64,000 nucleotides of DNA, taken from NCBI GenBank assembly GCA_963729045.1, contig CAVSMN010000010.1:96001-160000 (forward strand), given 5' to 3'. The DNA comes from an uncultured Nitrososphaeraceae archaeon (lineage in GTDB: Archaea; Thermoproteota; Nitrososphaeria; Nitrososphaerales; Nitrososphaeraceae). The position numbers and the translations under genes were made by a program. The notes beneath the pieces were generated by a model, which did not search any database, had not been told where the DNA came from, and saw only the letters and a program-made list of their open reading frames with translations. Below, one piece after another: positions 23,865 to 34,741 of this stretch (position 1 is the stretch's first letter; the number at the start of each line of letters is the position of its first letter).

Positions 23865-24281
23865 TTACTTGCAGTGACCTTTTGACCAGCCAACACTGTA
23901 TCCTTTAGCATAATCCCCTGATCCTGGAGAATATCCCCAGCAGTGATTATGATCCCACCAGCCCTGTTGGCATCCTTTTATCCAATTCTGAGACTTTCCA
24001 GAGTATTCTGTGCAATAATGGGGTGAGCTTTTGCATTCTCCTTTATTCCATCCAACTTTGTATCCCTTGGCTACCTCGCCGGTCCCTGGGTTGTAACTTT
24101 TGCAATGGTCATGATCATACCAACCTTGTTTACATCCTTCTACCCATGCGTTTGACTTTCCTATTTCATCTGCACAATAATGTGAAGCAGCATCTACAGA
24201 TTTATTGACGACCAATGATGGAGCGACGGCGATTGATATTGCAACAAGTGCTATTGCGAGTATCTTTATATTAGTATCCAT
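23865..24281 (-). CDS. Secreted Cys/Trp/His-rich protein with two tandem ~52-aa repeats
   Basis: Signal peptide (likely start MDTNIK). Repeat SHYC...W..GC.QGW.DH.HC..Y.PG.G..AKGY.VGW.KG.CK occurs twice. Confidence 0.8.
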   Translation of the reverse strand: MDTNIKILAIALVAISIAVAPSLVVNKSVDAASHYCADEIGKSNAWVEGCKQGWYDHDHCKSYNPGTGEVAKGYKVGWNKGECKSSPHYCTEYSGKSQNWIKGCQQGWWDHNHCWGYSPGSGDYAKGYSVGWSKGHCK

Positions 24282-24491
24282 TAAATTGTTCATATAATTT
24301 GGGCATATAAAAGCATTTTTGGGTCCTTTTGAATTATACATGTCATCTGATGTTACTCCAATTCTCAAAGATGTTGTAAATATGATAGAGTATGGAAGTC
24401 CACAAGGTTATGAATATCATTTAGATTATCAGCAATTGTTTGGATCCAATATGTGGTAAGAATAGAAAAAGTCCAATAAATAAAGAAAATT

Positions 24492-24545
24492 ATAGTATTG
24501 ATTTTTCCTCTGGATCAACAAGGATGAACCCTTTATTTGAACCCG
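24492..24545. repeat. Type-B element fused to the tRNA T-loop
   Basis: atagtattgatttttcctctggatcaacaaggatgaaccctttatttgaacccg; matches the copies at 34277, 53086 and 60273. Confidence 0.75.
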
Positions 24546-24629
24546 ATTCTTTTTTATTCATATCAAATGAACAATGACTATTGCCTTGTATTATTTCATG
24601 AATCATTAAATCTTAATTTTGGAAATTAT

Positions 24630-25090
24630 TGACAATTCTTAAATAATTCATTTGGCTAGAGTTAAAATACAATCAATAAAACAAATTCTGGTAGCATTCT
24701 AACTCTCATAATAGTAGCAATAGTAGTAGCGATTATGTCGACAATGATCATCACAAGTCCGATGAAAATTGCTAACGTAGATACGCAAAATATGGATACT
24801 TATAGTCACACTCTATATGGTAATAATGTAGTATGATACTGTTTAATTGACCTTGATACTGCGAAAAAGTGGTATAGTACATATTGAAATAATAATACTA
24901 ACCTACCAAGTGCGTACATACCGACTTCGGAAGAAAATACCGATGGCTGAGATAACACTAATCCAAAGGACGGTGGAGGAGTACAAGTAACCTACATTTA
25001 GAGCAATTCGTGTGGCTCAAAAGGAGGTGTTGATTCGGACAAAATCAATAGCGGTGCAATTTTTGATTAAAAAGAATATCGCAAAAACAT
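24630..25090 (+). pseudogene. Decayed paralog of the secreted-protein cassette at 48340-48890
   Basis: Shares upstream sequence and the 3' end gattc.(g/a)acaaaatcaatagcggtgca...aagaatatcgca. Confidence 0.65.
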
Positions 25091-25138
25091 TGGAATAAAC
25101 AACATTTTTTTATTTTAATAATCTAAAAAATATAAAGA

Positions 25139-25154
25139 GCGGGATTTGAGCCCC
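25139..25154 (-). repeat. tRNA T-arm repeat, short copy
   Basis: gcgggatttgagcccc. Confidence 0.6.
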
Positions 25155-25161
25155 GTAAATG

Positions 25162-25509
25162 TCATAAATTCCTTATCTTGTCAATTAGATCTAGTGAATT
25201 AGATCCAACATCAGTAGTGATATAGAGCAAGTGACTCTCGTCAAATGGCATGGTTATACGCTTTATCTTTTCGTACTCCGCTAGAACATATTTTCCTTTT
25301 CCTATCTTTGAAGCCAATTTACTTCGTGTTTTCCATGCGTTAATGGCCAACTGCAAGGATTCCTGACTCTCTTCTTTTGATAATAAATTTGTAGTTCCGG
25401 GATTATGCTCCGAATACAGGATCTTTTCATCCTTTGTATCAAATATTGTTACAAACCTTATTGCAGAATCCATACCCAATATCCTTTTTCCTAGTTCATT
25501 GTATTCCAA
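25162..25509 (-). CDS. Conserved thaumarchaeal protein (DUF6659-like)
   Basis: IRFVTI, IGKGKYVLAEYEKIKRITMP pattern. Confidence 0.7.
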   Translation of the reverse strand: MEYNELGKRILGMDSAIRFVTIFDTKDEKILYSEHNPGTTNLLSKEESQESLQLAINAWKTRSKLASKIGKGKYVLAEYEKIKRITMPFDESHLLYITTDVGSNSLDLIDKIRNL

Positions 25510-25760
25510 TAGTACAACTTTGTATCATACTTTTTTATAAACATTCTCTAAATAATATATATTTTTAATTAATAACATCTAAAATAAGTATTATTTGTAA
25601 ATTTCATATAAATATTTGTAAAAATAATAATATGATTGAAAATACATTACTAATTCATTTTTTATTTCGATTTAATTGCAATTTATTGAATCTAGTAATA
25701 AAGTAAAATTTCAACACCAAAATCATACATAATTAAGAAAAATCAAATCATAAACTAAAG

Positions 25761-25800
25761 ATGCAAAGGTGTTGGATTTGAACCCGCGATCCCTTAAGAT
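25761..25800 (-). repeat. tRNA 3' fragment extending into the putative variable arm
   Basis: atgcaaaggtgttggatttgaacccgcgatcccttaag; reverse complement ...gggatc-gcgggttcaaat. Confidence 0.7.
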
Positions 25801-26624
25801 CTCTTTGACTAGATAATCGATCAACACCTTGCGATTAGACATTCAAGATATGCATTACCAATAAGTAGTAAGTAGTAATATACAATTTTGTTCAAAGTCA
25901 TATGCTAAAGGAAGCTGAAGACAATACATCTCATCTCTACGGTAACTGACAATATGATAATCTCCCCTTATGATCACGAGTTATCATATGTTGATTTTGT
26001 ACTGAAATTATTAAAAGTAAAAGATATCTTGATATTATTGACCGTTACAGATCAGAGTTGGTGCTGAAATCCACACACCATTGAGTCCATCCTGTTGAAA
26101 AGGGAAGTGTGGAAAGAGTTACGGGCAATTGACATTAAGCAATAACGCGACTATAGAAGGAGCAATAGAATTCCAGATCAAAGAATCAAGCTACATTGAG
26201 GAAATCATGTTTGAATTTGTTATAGAATATTCTCATACTCGATATAGAATATATGACTCCACTTTAAGCTTCTAGAGAATATCACATGCAATTGCTTATA
26301 CTATTCGATTAGCAGCGGAATGACTGGACAAGTTAGACTATTTGAGATATAATTGCACTGGAAATATGAAACTAATCCTGAGATTTTTATATAACGAATT
26401 ATAGTAACAAAGTTATGAAAATGAATGCCAAGATGATCTCCTCGCATTTTATATCCTATATTATGAGCGCTAATGATTAGGACATCATAAAGAATAAGTT
26501 ACTATGGTAAGAATCTAAAAGTATGAGACATTTAGTTATCATTATCTATACCCCAAATGAAACAAAGATAAATGAACAAAATAAAGTAAAAAGTATATAC
26601 GAAACTTATTCTTTAATGCTATGC

Positions 26625-26780
26625 ATGGCAAAAATGATCAGTTGCCCATGTGGTTGGACACTTATATCTCCCCAAGGAAATGACGATATAAAAAAGCACA
26701 TACAAATACATGCTAAGGATCATCATCCTGGCTTAACCGAGACAGAGGATGAAGTTGAAAAGATGATTAAAACAGTTTAA
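26625..26780 (+). CDS. Small metal-binding protein (DUF1059-like)
   Basis: MAKMISCPCGWTL...HAKDHH. Confidence 0.7.
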   Translation: MAKMISCPCGWTLISPQGNDDIKKHIQIHAKDHHPGLTETEDEVEKMIKTV

Positions 26781-26845
26781 TGTTTAGCCAATGATGGACC
26801 GTGGATAGTATTATGACATCAAATTGCCTTCACGAACTGCAAATT

Positions 26846-27787
26846 TTATCTAGATTTTGACTCAGTCATGATTTTCTGATCTATCAAGTCGTCCATCCAA
26901 TTTTGCCTTTTCGGTTCGACAATTTCTTTAAATATAAAAAGGGAGCAAGATCTAACACCTTCTAGTTTCAATACGTTTACATATGCTTCTTCAGGCTCTG
27001 CAAGAGTAAAAGCAAAAAGATTAGCAAGCAAGATCTTCTCTGCTATGGTTCGTACAGACCAAAGCTTATCTGCATATATTTCCCTTAAATGCTTGATAAT
27101 TTTGTATCGGCTTGCTGCATCGACTGACAACTCCAGTTCATAAAATATTAAACCTTGTTGTTTCTGGCTATTTATTATTGCTCGTACTATTAACATATCC
27201 GAACCCAAGAGTTTTGTAATCCTATATCGAACCATCCTCGGAGTAATTGATAATGAGTCAGAGATCTCGTTGATTCCGGATAGTGCATTATATCGAAGCT
27301 TTTGAATAAGTTTCCAGTCTAACTTGTCCGGAATGATTAGTGGTTTTTTTATTGCACAACTTCCAAGCCTCCACTTAAATAATTCAAATCTATTGGCTAT
27401 TTCTATGGCTACTTGATCTATCTCCTCAGAGGAACCGCCTGTGATACTAATAGATACTATATTCCCTAGATAGTCAACTATATCGACAATAAATGGAAGT
27501 CCATGAGCATATTTTATAACTCCGTGTTTGGTGGCAATATTTAACGCTTCGAATCGATAGGTATTAATATTTTTGAATTCAAAGAAGCCCAGCCTGGGCA
27601 TAGCCTGATAGTATTTTATAAATCCGTCATTTTCCATTTTCTTTACTCTTGATCGAACTGTCTTCTCATCTAATCCAAGCTTCCTTCCAATCGCTGAAGG
27701 ACTAACTCTCCTATCTGTAAACGAGTCATAATCGATTCCTTTGAATGCTATTTCGCAGAAGATCCATACGTCTTTGGCATCCATCAA
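26846..27787 (-). CDS. Duplicated Lrp/AsnC-type winged-helix regulator
   Basis: Two HTHs (IGRKLGLDEKTVRSRVKKM; ISDSLSITPRMVRYRITKL), each followed by a ferredoxin-like region. Confidence 0.8.
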   Translation of the reverse strand: MMDAKDVWIFCEIAFKGIDYDSFTDRRVSPSAIGRKLGLDEKTVRSRVKKMENDGFIKYYQAMPRLGFFEFKNINTYRFEALNIATKHGVIKYAHGLPFIVDIVDYLGNIVSISITGGSSEEIDQVAIEIANRFELFKWRLGSCAIKKPLIIPDKLDWKLIQKLRYNALSGINEISDSLSITPRMVRYRITKLLGSDMLIVRAIINSQKQQGLIFYELELSVDAASRYKIIKHLREIYADKLWSVRTIAEKILLANLFAFTLAEPEEAYVNVLKLEGVRSCSLFIFKEIVEPKRQNWMDDLIDQKIMTESKSR

Positions 27788-28058
27788 TTTTCCCTGAACT
27801 ACCTGGCTAAAAAATTTAAATAAAAATTGTTATCCATGATTGATGCATTGGCGATAGACGCAATGTCTATCAATTAATATGTAAAATACGGGTGTCAAGC
27901 TCCCGGCATTTATTTACCAATCTTGCACCTTGTATCTATATAATGAAACAAGAAACAATATCATCGGTACCCTTTCAATTGGAGATGGTCGAATCTCTTA
28001 AAAGGGCACCTAAGTATCACACAAGGTTCTGTTAATTATACAGGAGAAGTGGAAACAA

Positions 28059-29117
28059 ATGGTAGTAAATGAAATAAAGTTGCAGGAATTCATTGGAAGG
28101 ATCATAAATGACTGGGGAGCTGCAGAAGGAGCTTTGATCACTTTTGTTGGCGACAGGCTTGGATTGTTTAAAGCTATGGCGGGAGAAGGTGAACTGGCAC
28201 CTGAAGAACTAGCAAAGAAGACAAACACACATCCACGAATGATTAGAGAATGGCTAGCCAGTCAAGCTGCTGGAGGTTATGTCATTTACAACAGTAACAC
28301 CAGGAAATTCTTTTTGCCCGAAGAACATGCACTGGCACTGACTGATGAAAATAGTCCTGCATATGTCTCTGGATTTTACCAATCAATAGTAAGTCTTTTC
28401 AAAGATGAGGAAAAAATTATAGAGGCATTCAAGACTGGAAAAGGTCTAGGATGGGGGGATCATCATCATTACTTGTTTGAAGGAACTGAAAGGTTTTTCA
28501 AACCTAATTACATAGCGAATCTAACACAAAAATGGATTCCAGCTCTTGATGATGTCGAAATCAAGCTAAAAAATAGAAAATGCAAGATAGCGGATGTGGG
28601 ATGTGGTCATGGAGCATCAACAATCATGATGGCAAAAGCATATCCAAATTCAAGTGTTATAGGATTTGATTCACATAAGCCATCTATTGAATGGGCCAAA
28701 AAGCGGGCAGTAGAAGAGGGTATAATGAACATTACATTTGAAGTGGCAAAATCATCAGATTATCCAGGAGACGATTATGATTTGGTTACCTTCTTTGACT
28801 GCTTCCACGACATGGGTGATCCATTAGGTGCAGCCAAACATGTTTGTCAAACCTTAAAGAAAAAGGCAGGCACATGGATGCTAGTAGAACCATTTGCCAA
28901 TAATCAATTAGAGGATAATCTAAATCCTCTTGGAAGGGTGTTTTATTCGGCATCTTCTCTGATTTGCGTTCCGGCATCTTTGAACGAAAATGGACCGGCA
29001 TTGGGAGCTCAAGCGGGTGAACAAAAAACAATGGAGATAATGAAAACGGCAGGATTCTCAAAGATCCGTTGTGCTACTCAAACACCATTCAACTTGGTCC
29101 TAGAGGCACGACCATAA
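28059..29117 (+). CDS. SAM-dependent methyltransferase with N-terminal wHTH (Rv2258c-like)
   Basis: GDRLGLFKAM, REWLASQAAGGY, ADVGCGHG, FDCFHDMGDP, TPFNLVLEARP. Confidence 0.9.
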   Translation: MVVNEIKLQEFIGRIINDWGAAEGALITFVGDRLGLFKAMAGEGELAPEELAKKTNTHPRMIREWLASQAAGGYVIYNSNTRKFFLPEEHALALTDENSPAYVSGFYQSIVSLFKDEEKIIEAFKTGKGLGWGDHHHYLFEGTERFFKPNYIANLTQKWIPALDDVEIKLKNRKCKIADVGCGHGASTIMMAKAYPNSSVIGFDSHKPSIEWAKKRAVEEGIMNITFEVAKSSDYPGDDYDLVTFFDCFHDMGDPLGAAKHVCQTLKKKAGTWMLVEPFANNQLEDNLNPLGRVFYSASSLICVPASLNENGPALGAQAGEQKTMEIMKTAGFSKIRCATQTPFNLVLEARP

Positions 29118-29944
29118 TCCACCTATTCCTTTCAATATTTGGAGAGTAATAGGACAATCAACCAAGAAGGGGTATTGATAATGACGATCGGAAAATAGCC
29201 TAGGATAAATTGATCTTTCTTCGAGAGCAACAGTGATGAACCTCTCTATTGGAATCCGCAATCTGTGACTAGAAAGAACCTTATATGAATAACGTTCCAG
29301 ATTTAGATTCCAAATCATCAAAAGGTTTTATGAAATATCTGGAGTTTCGAAAGATTGAACCAAAGACAATTAATAAAACTATTTAGAAATACTCTAAAAT
29401 ATCATATCATATATTTTATGAAAGAAATGGAGTTGAACTTACTACTTATTACATCCAATCTAGCAAATATCGATTCAAAAGTTCTGAATAGATGCACCAT
29501 AGCAAATATTTTTGAATTCATGTTAGAGTAGACTCATCCCAGGGTTAAACCACTACCAAGTCTTAAAGTTGAGACAAACAAAACAATGTAGTTTTCTATT
29601 GTGGAGAGATTCTTTAAGTTTAAATTCTGTATTGCATTTGTCACAAATCAATTATATTGCCAATTAAAAACAATTATCAACAATATTAATCTTATTAATA
29701 ATGTGACTGATTAATCAAGTAGTCAAATAAGAAATAATCGTCAAATATGTAGTCAAGAGATGAAAATGACAGGAATGGTACTATTACATCATTTTTAAAA
29801 TCTATAATTGTTTATGCTGTGGATTCACTTCACCATCGTCATAACAGTTAAAAGTGATTATATGGGGTTTCTGGTTTATTTCTAACCTCTTTAAGTAGTT
29901 TCTTAATACTATAGAGCTGTTGTTTTAATTAAGTACTATATATT

Positions 29945-30133
29945 TTAGGAGCCAACCAATCGCTTACCGCAATAAGGACAAAACATTAAAGGTGCGCTGG
30001 CAATATTGCCTTCAAACATTAGATAGTAAACTCCTTTATGATCTCCTGAATACTTAAAAATCTCTGTATCATGTCTAATGCATTCACTTTCATATTCTTC
30101 TTTAAATTTCTCACAACAAAATTCTCTAGTCAT
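29945..30133 (-). CDS. Small zinc-ribbon protein
   Basis: MTREFCCEKF...FCPYCGKRL. Confidence 0.6.
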   Translation of the reverse strand: MTREFCCEKFKEEYESECIRHDTEIFKYSGDHKGVYYLMFEGNIASAPLMFCPYCGKRLVGS

Positions 30134-30485
30134 TCTTCCTTGCTCACTCCACAGAATGGACAAAACTTTAGGAGTATATAAACAAGATTGCAAATCTCTT
30201 TTTTGATATACGAGTAGAAAATTAACCAGGACTCCAAAGTCAGTAATCATTCTAAGAACAAAGAGTGGAAAGTGTGGACTAGTCAAACATTAATCAATCT
30301 TATTAAATAAAATAGAAAGTGAGTTTGGTTTGGTTTGATAGTAGGCTTTTGTAAATATACCATATCTTATTCAAATTAATAACAATTCAGATATACAAAT
30401 GATTTTGGTGTAACTATTATTGTTCTAAGAAATTAGTATAGAAGGCTATTTTGGGATTGGGGAAGCCATAGGAATTATTGGTACT

Positions 30486-30890
30486 TTGTTTGTCGTTCTT
30501 TATTTTTCTAGAAAACAAATGCAAAGCCTATCGGTTGATCTTGAAGCAAAAATTCTACATGATTTGGATGATAAGATAAATGGATTAACAAGAATGATGG
30601 TGGATGATCCAGAACTAATCAAGATTGTGAGTAAATCGGAATCACATTTTACACCAGATTTAGCATTTAGTTACCATGTGTTATATACATTTGCACATGT
30701 TTTTCATATGCGACAACGTGGAGTAGTTAGGGATAATGAATGGACTGGATGGAGTAGATATATAACATCTGCATTTCAACATGGTAATATATATGAAATA
30801 TGGAAAAATAACATAGAATTAGAAAAATGGTTCGACCCTGATTTTCAAAAATTCATTAATGATGAAATAATCCCTGCCATTAGGAAGTAG
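30486..30890 (+). CDS. Membrane-anchored hypothetical protein (true start may be slightly upstream)
   Basis: The frame extends upstream as a TM helix (EAIGIIGTLFVVLYF). Confidence 0.65.
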   Translation: MFVVLYFSRKQMQSLSVDLEAKILHDLDDKINGLTRMMVDDPELIKIVSKSESHFTPDLAFSYHVLYTFAHVFHMRQRGVVRDNEWTGWSRYITSAFQHGNIYEIWKNNIELEKWFDPDFQKFINDEIIPAIRK

Positions 30891-31255
30891 ATAATTTGAA
30901 AATTTTTTTAATTCAATTATCTAAAAAGTAAAATCTCCTTATTTAAACCCACTTGATATTATCCTAGAGAGCCTGACGTGGGTAACATTAAGAATACTAT
31001 TTAAGATCTAAATCGTACATTAGGGTTTTTTCTTTTAGATGTTGTATAGACAGGACACAGAAATGTTGTAAGAAAACTTATCTTTTAGTCTTTAGAAAAA
31101 TCAAAGTTTATTGATTTAGTTATATTTATTTTGTAATGCGGTATTTGTTTATTAATTCATTAATAAGATTGTTTTCGGTTTTATTATTCATTATTAAGTG
31201 TCTAGATGATTTGTTTGTTCAGGATTTATATAACCATCAAACAGTGTGGGACTAT

Positions 31256-31643
31256 ATGATCTCCCCCGCATCCGTAATGGTGGTGGATGATGAAAAAGAC
31301 CAGACAATTCTTTTTAGTCTATTTCTGGCGAGATTTGGATTTGACTCAATTACGTTTAACGATCCATTAGTAGCACTCAAACATTATGGCCAATATAACA
31401 AAAGATACTCATTGGTACTTGTAGATTGGAATATGCCTAAAGATCGACGGATTAGGGCTTGCTAGAAAAATAAGAGAACATAATTCCAAAGTGAAAATCA
31501 TTTTGATTACAGCCTACTTTATTGGCGACATTTTTGCAAAGGATGAGTTTAAAGAAGTTAAAATAGCAGACGTAATTCAAAAGCCGATAGTACTTACGGA
31601 ATTTGGACGACGAATAAACTTGCTTTATCCAAAGAAGAAATAG
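31256..31643 (+). CDS. Single-domain response regulator, frameshift near 31440
   Basis: VMVVDDE, LVLVDWNMP; the other frame continues DGLGLARKI..VKIILITA..IQKP. Confidence 0.8.
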
Positions 31644-31695
31644 ATTTACTAATAGCAACCCGATGGACAAACAGATTATCAGAGGGGAACAAATT

Positions 31696-31797
31696 GGTTC
31701 AAATCCCATAGCATATTTTCAAATTCTTTATGTAAGTTTATTAAGTGAGATGTGGGGAATTTGAATCCCCAATGCTTGTCGCCTCAGGATTCTAAGC
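31696..31797. repeat. Inverted T-loop copy plus degenerate tRNA 3' half
   Basis: ggttcaaatccca at 31696; gtgagatgtggggaatttgaatcccc at 31745. The reverse complement includes an anticodon-like loop cttagaa. Confidence 0.55.
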
Positions 31798-32145
31798 GAT
31801 TAGGAGGCATTAGTATAAAGACTATTAATGCAGGTGAAATGATATACTATAGTCAAAAGACCTCAGAAATATGGTACTTGACAATGGCAATGATAACATC
31901 AATACTGATTGGCAGTAACAACGAAGAATAGTTCAAATGATGAAGTTAACGATGCAACTCAACTCAAAGATTAGGTCGGTCACAATCAACCAATGAATAA
32001 AACTTTGAATAATAATTAAGTATCATACGGAATAGTTAGCAAATCTTATTCTCATTTCGTATTTTAATATCCGACGTTTTTATTCAATCCATTTCCCTTA
32101 CATATACCCAATTCTCCATACGTTATTGCTAATAGTTTATATATA

Positions 32146-32661
32146 TTGTCTTTTAATCACAAAATAATGAATAAACTAGGTATAATATTAACTGCAATCG
32201 CGTTGCTTAGTGCAATTGCTTTGGTTATACAACTCTCGGAACCAATATCGGCACAACAACAGGAACAATCTACTCCCTTTGTAGTACAAACTACAAAACA
32301 GTCTATGCAAGATCCTCTGCCAGGTCATGAATCACATCAAGTTGTGATTGCAGCTCCACTCAGAGATGACGGAAAGATTTATTCAGGTATAGTTTCATTT
32401 ACTGCAAGTCAACCCATCGAGGTGGTAATACTACATAAGTACAATCTGGTATCAAATTCATCTATAATTGCAGAACCATTGAAGACATCAGTTGATGATG
32501 GCAAATTTGCAGCATCAGTGATGAAGCAATTCACAGAATCCCCGTTTAATGCAGGATCATTTGTATTTGCAGGTAACGCTTTAGCATTCCACAATTTAGA
32601 AGGAAAACCCTTCGTCATAACATATACAATAGATGGAGATGTCAGTTCCTTAACACAATAA
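32146..32661 (+). CDS. Secreted hypothetical protein (thaumarchaeal family)
   Basis: Signal peptide; QDPLPGHESHQ, FAGNALAFH. Confidence 0.75.
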   Translation: MSFNHKIMNKLGIILTAIALLSAIALVIQLSEPISAQQQEQSTPFVVQTTKQSMQDPLPGHESHQVVIAAPLRDDGKIYSGIVSFTASQPIEVVILHKYNLVSNSSIIAEPLKTSVDDGKFAASVMKQFTESPFNAGSFVFAGNALAFHNLEGKPFVITYTIDGDVSSLTQ

Positions 32662-32690
32662 AGATGACAGCTATGTCAAATACCTAGGAT

Positions 32691-32719
32691 AAAAATGCAA
32701 AGTGTTGGATTTGAACCCG
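32691..32719 (-). repeat. tRNA 3'-end repeat
   Basis: aaaaatgcaaagtgttggatttgaacccg. Confidence 0.75.
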
Positions 32720-33116
32720 TCATGTCGTGATTCTGTTATGCGGCCATATATCCCTTCAAAATATCGTTTACTTTTGAATATCGGTTTTCTGATTCTTGTA
32801 TTTACAGATAAAGGAGCAACAGAAGCAGCATTTTACCTTTAATGCCAATCATTCAAATCAGATAATGAGTTTTAGATTTCAACCATTCATCAAGTGTAAG
32901 AATATTTTCGTACAAAATTGTTACGGTTACAAAACATTTTGAATAAAATTTTCCATAACAAGTTTGGCATATGATAATTTGAGTTCCAGTAAACAAGTTG
33001 CTTTTAGTAGACAATTATCAAGACGCTTAGAACAATAGGTATTCAAGTCATCTATAATAAAGACATGTTCCTACCTTGAAATTTTTATTTAAATAAGATT
33101 AATTAATATAAAATAC

Positions 33117-33527
33117 ATGCAAGTCACTCATGAACTAACAGATTCGGCCCTTGGACTATTAAGAGGGAAGAATATTGCTTTTGTAGCATCTTTAATGAAG
33201 GACGGTGGACCACAAATCACCCCTGTCTGGATTGATTACGATGGAGAATTCATATTAATTAATACCGCAGAAGGGAGAGTAAAACAGAAAAATTTTCAAC
33301 GAGACCCAAGAGTAGCCATCTCTATAATCGATCCGACCAACCCGTACAATACAGTTAGTATTAGAGGAAATGTAAAAGAACAAAACTCAGATGGTGCAGA
33401 TGATCATATCGATAGACTTGCAAAAAAATATCTAGGAGTAGATAAATACCCGTTTAGATCTCCGGAAGAAAAACGAATTATTCTAAGAATAAAACCTGAA
33501 AAAGTGTTTCATATTTCGAATGAATAA
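33117..33527 (+). CDS. PPOX-class F420-dependent oxidoreductase
   Basis: DGGPQITPVW, GRVKQKN..RDPRVAISI, RLAKKYLG. Confidence 0.88.
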   Translation: MQVTHELTDSALGLLRGKNIAFVASLMKDGGPQITPVWIDYDGEFILINTAEGRVKQKNFQRDPRVAISIIDPTNPYNTVSIRGNVKEQNSDGADDHIDRLAKKYLGVDKYPFRSPEEKRIILRIKPEKVFHISNE

Positions 33528-33684
33528 AATATATCGTGATACTCTTACATCAGAGATTTATTTACACTGCATTACTGGGTAAAAATATTCGAGTAATCAT
33601 TTCAGTCCATCGCCCTTGATAATGGATGAACATTATATCAAATTCAATTAGTCATGTACACGGAATATTTTGTTGTCAAAATTA

Positions 33685-33711
33685 AAAAGTGCTTAATGCA
33701 GGATTCGAACC
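33685..33711 (-). repeat. tRNA 3'-end repeat, degenerate
   Basis: aaaagtgcttaatgcaggattcgaacc. Confidence 0.65.
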
Positions 33712-33763
33712 AGACTCCTAATATAGATTAGCCGGGCTTTTTATCATACCAAACGAAATAGAC

Positions 33764-34219
33764 ATGGGACTCCCCTTAGGGAACAATTCCTTTTATTTCA
33801 TGTTTGAACATAAGATGATAATCATGGAATCATCGAAAAACAATAAAGATACTAAAAATTATGTGGAATTTGTCTTTTATCGAGTCCTCAAGAAAAATCA
33901 TGAGTCATTATTACAAGTTACAAATCGATTGATCGAGTTGCTTAAAAAAGAGGAGGTGACATATGACTGCTTTGGTTTAATTAGTGCTGAAAAAATAGCC
34001 GGATTCACTAGCATAACCAAAATCATACCTATCAACCCCGAAGAAGAAGATATATGGATAAATATAGTAACATACAAAGACCGGCAACACCGTTCTGAAG
34101 TTGTAGAGAAAATATCAAATGATAAAGAATGTCGAGATATTTACGAAGAGTTTATGAAGTTAATTACTCCAAATACGGAATTTATCAACGGTGAATTTAG
34201 AAATTTATTGAGCAGTTAA
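33764..34219 (+). CDS. DUF1428-like dimeric alpha/beta barrel protein
   Basis: YV.F..YRV.KKNH, YKDRQHR.EV, GEF pattern. Confidence 0.6.
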   Translation: MGLPLGNNSFYFMFEHKMIIMESSKNNKDTKNYVEFVFYRVLKKNHESLLQVTNRLIELLKKEEVTYDCFGLISAEKIAGFTSITKIIPINPEEEDIWINIVTYKDRQHRSEVVEKISNDKECRDIYEEFMKLITPNTEFINGEFRNLLSS

Positions 34220-34276
34220 TGACTAGGTGTAAGATACTCAAATCCCTACCTATAAAATTCATAATCGTGATTAGAA

Positions 34277-34320
34277 TGATCTTTCCTCAGGATCAATGAT
34301 GAATCGCTTTATTCGAACCC
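34277..34320. repeat. Type-B element fused to the T-loop
   Basis: tgatctttcctcaggatcaatgatgaatcgctttattcgaaccc. Confidence 0.75.
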
Positions 34321-34344
34321 ACTTACTGGGAAAAAAGGTCAAAT

Positions 34345-34449
34345 ATGTCAAAGGTTGGTATGATCATAACCATTGTTTGTCATACAACCCAGGGACCGGC
34401 GAGGTAGCCAAGGGATATAAAGTCGGTTGGTCAAAGGGCAGTTGCTAAT
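34345..34449 (+). pseudogene. 3' fragment of the Cys/Trp-repeat gene (paralog of 23865-24281)
   Basis: Translates KGWYDHNHCLSYNPGTGEVAKGYKVGWSKGSC*. Confidence 0.8.
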
Positions 34450-34471
34450 AACTTATTTTTTTATTGTTGAT

Positions 34472-34741
34472 TTATAAATTAGATAGTCTTTTTATTTCTA
34501 AATTCTGTTCTATTAGTGTAGCCATTAGTGTTGAAAGTAGCAGTTCCGTATCACTTTCAGATTTTGTTTGTATGGCCTTGCGCCGCTTGTAATAAACCTT
34601 TGATACCATTTCGAATAGCAGTTCCTTATCCTTTGATGAAGAAAATCTAGCCATAAAACCATCAAGATTCTTTTTGATTCTGTTATATGCTTCATCTTTT
34701 ATCAAATGAGAATTATCAGAGGCATCAATATAACGATACAT
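34472..34741 (-). CDS. Hypothetical helical protein
   Basis: 89-aa ORF. Confidence 0.55.
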   Translation of the reverse strand: MYRYIDASDNSHLIKDEAYNRIKKNLDGFMARFSSSKDKELLFEMVSKVYYKRRKAIQTKSESDTELLLSTLMATLIEQNLEIKRLSNL

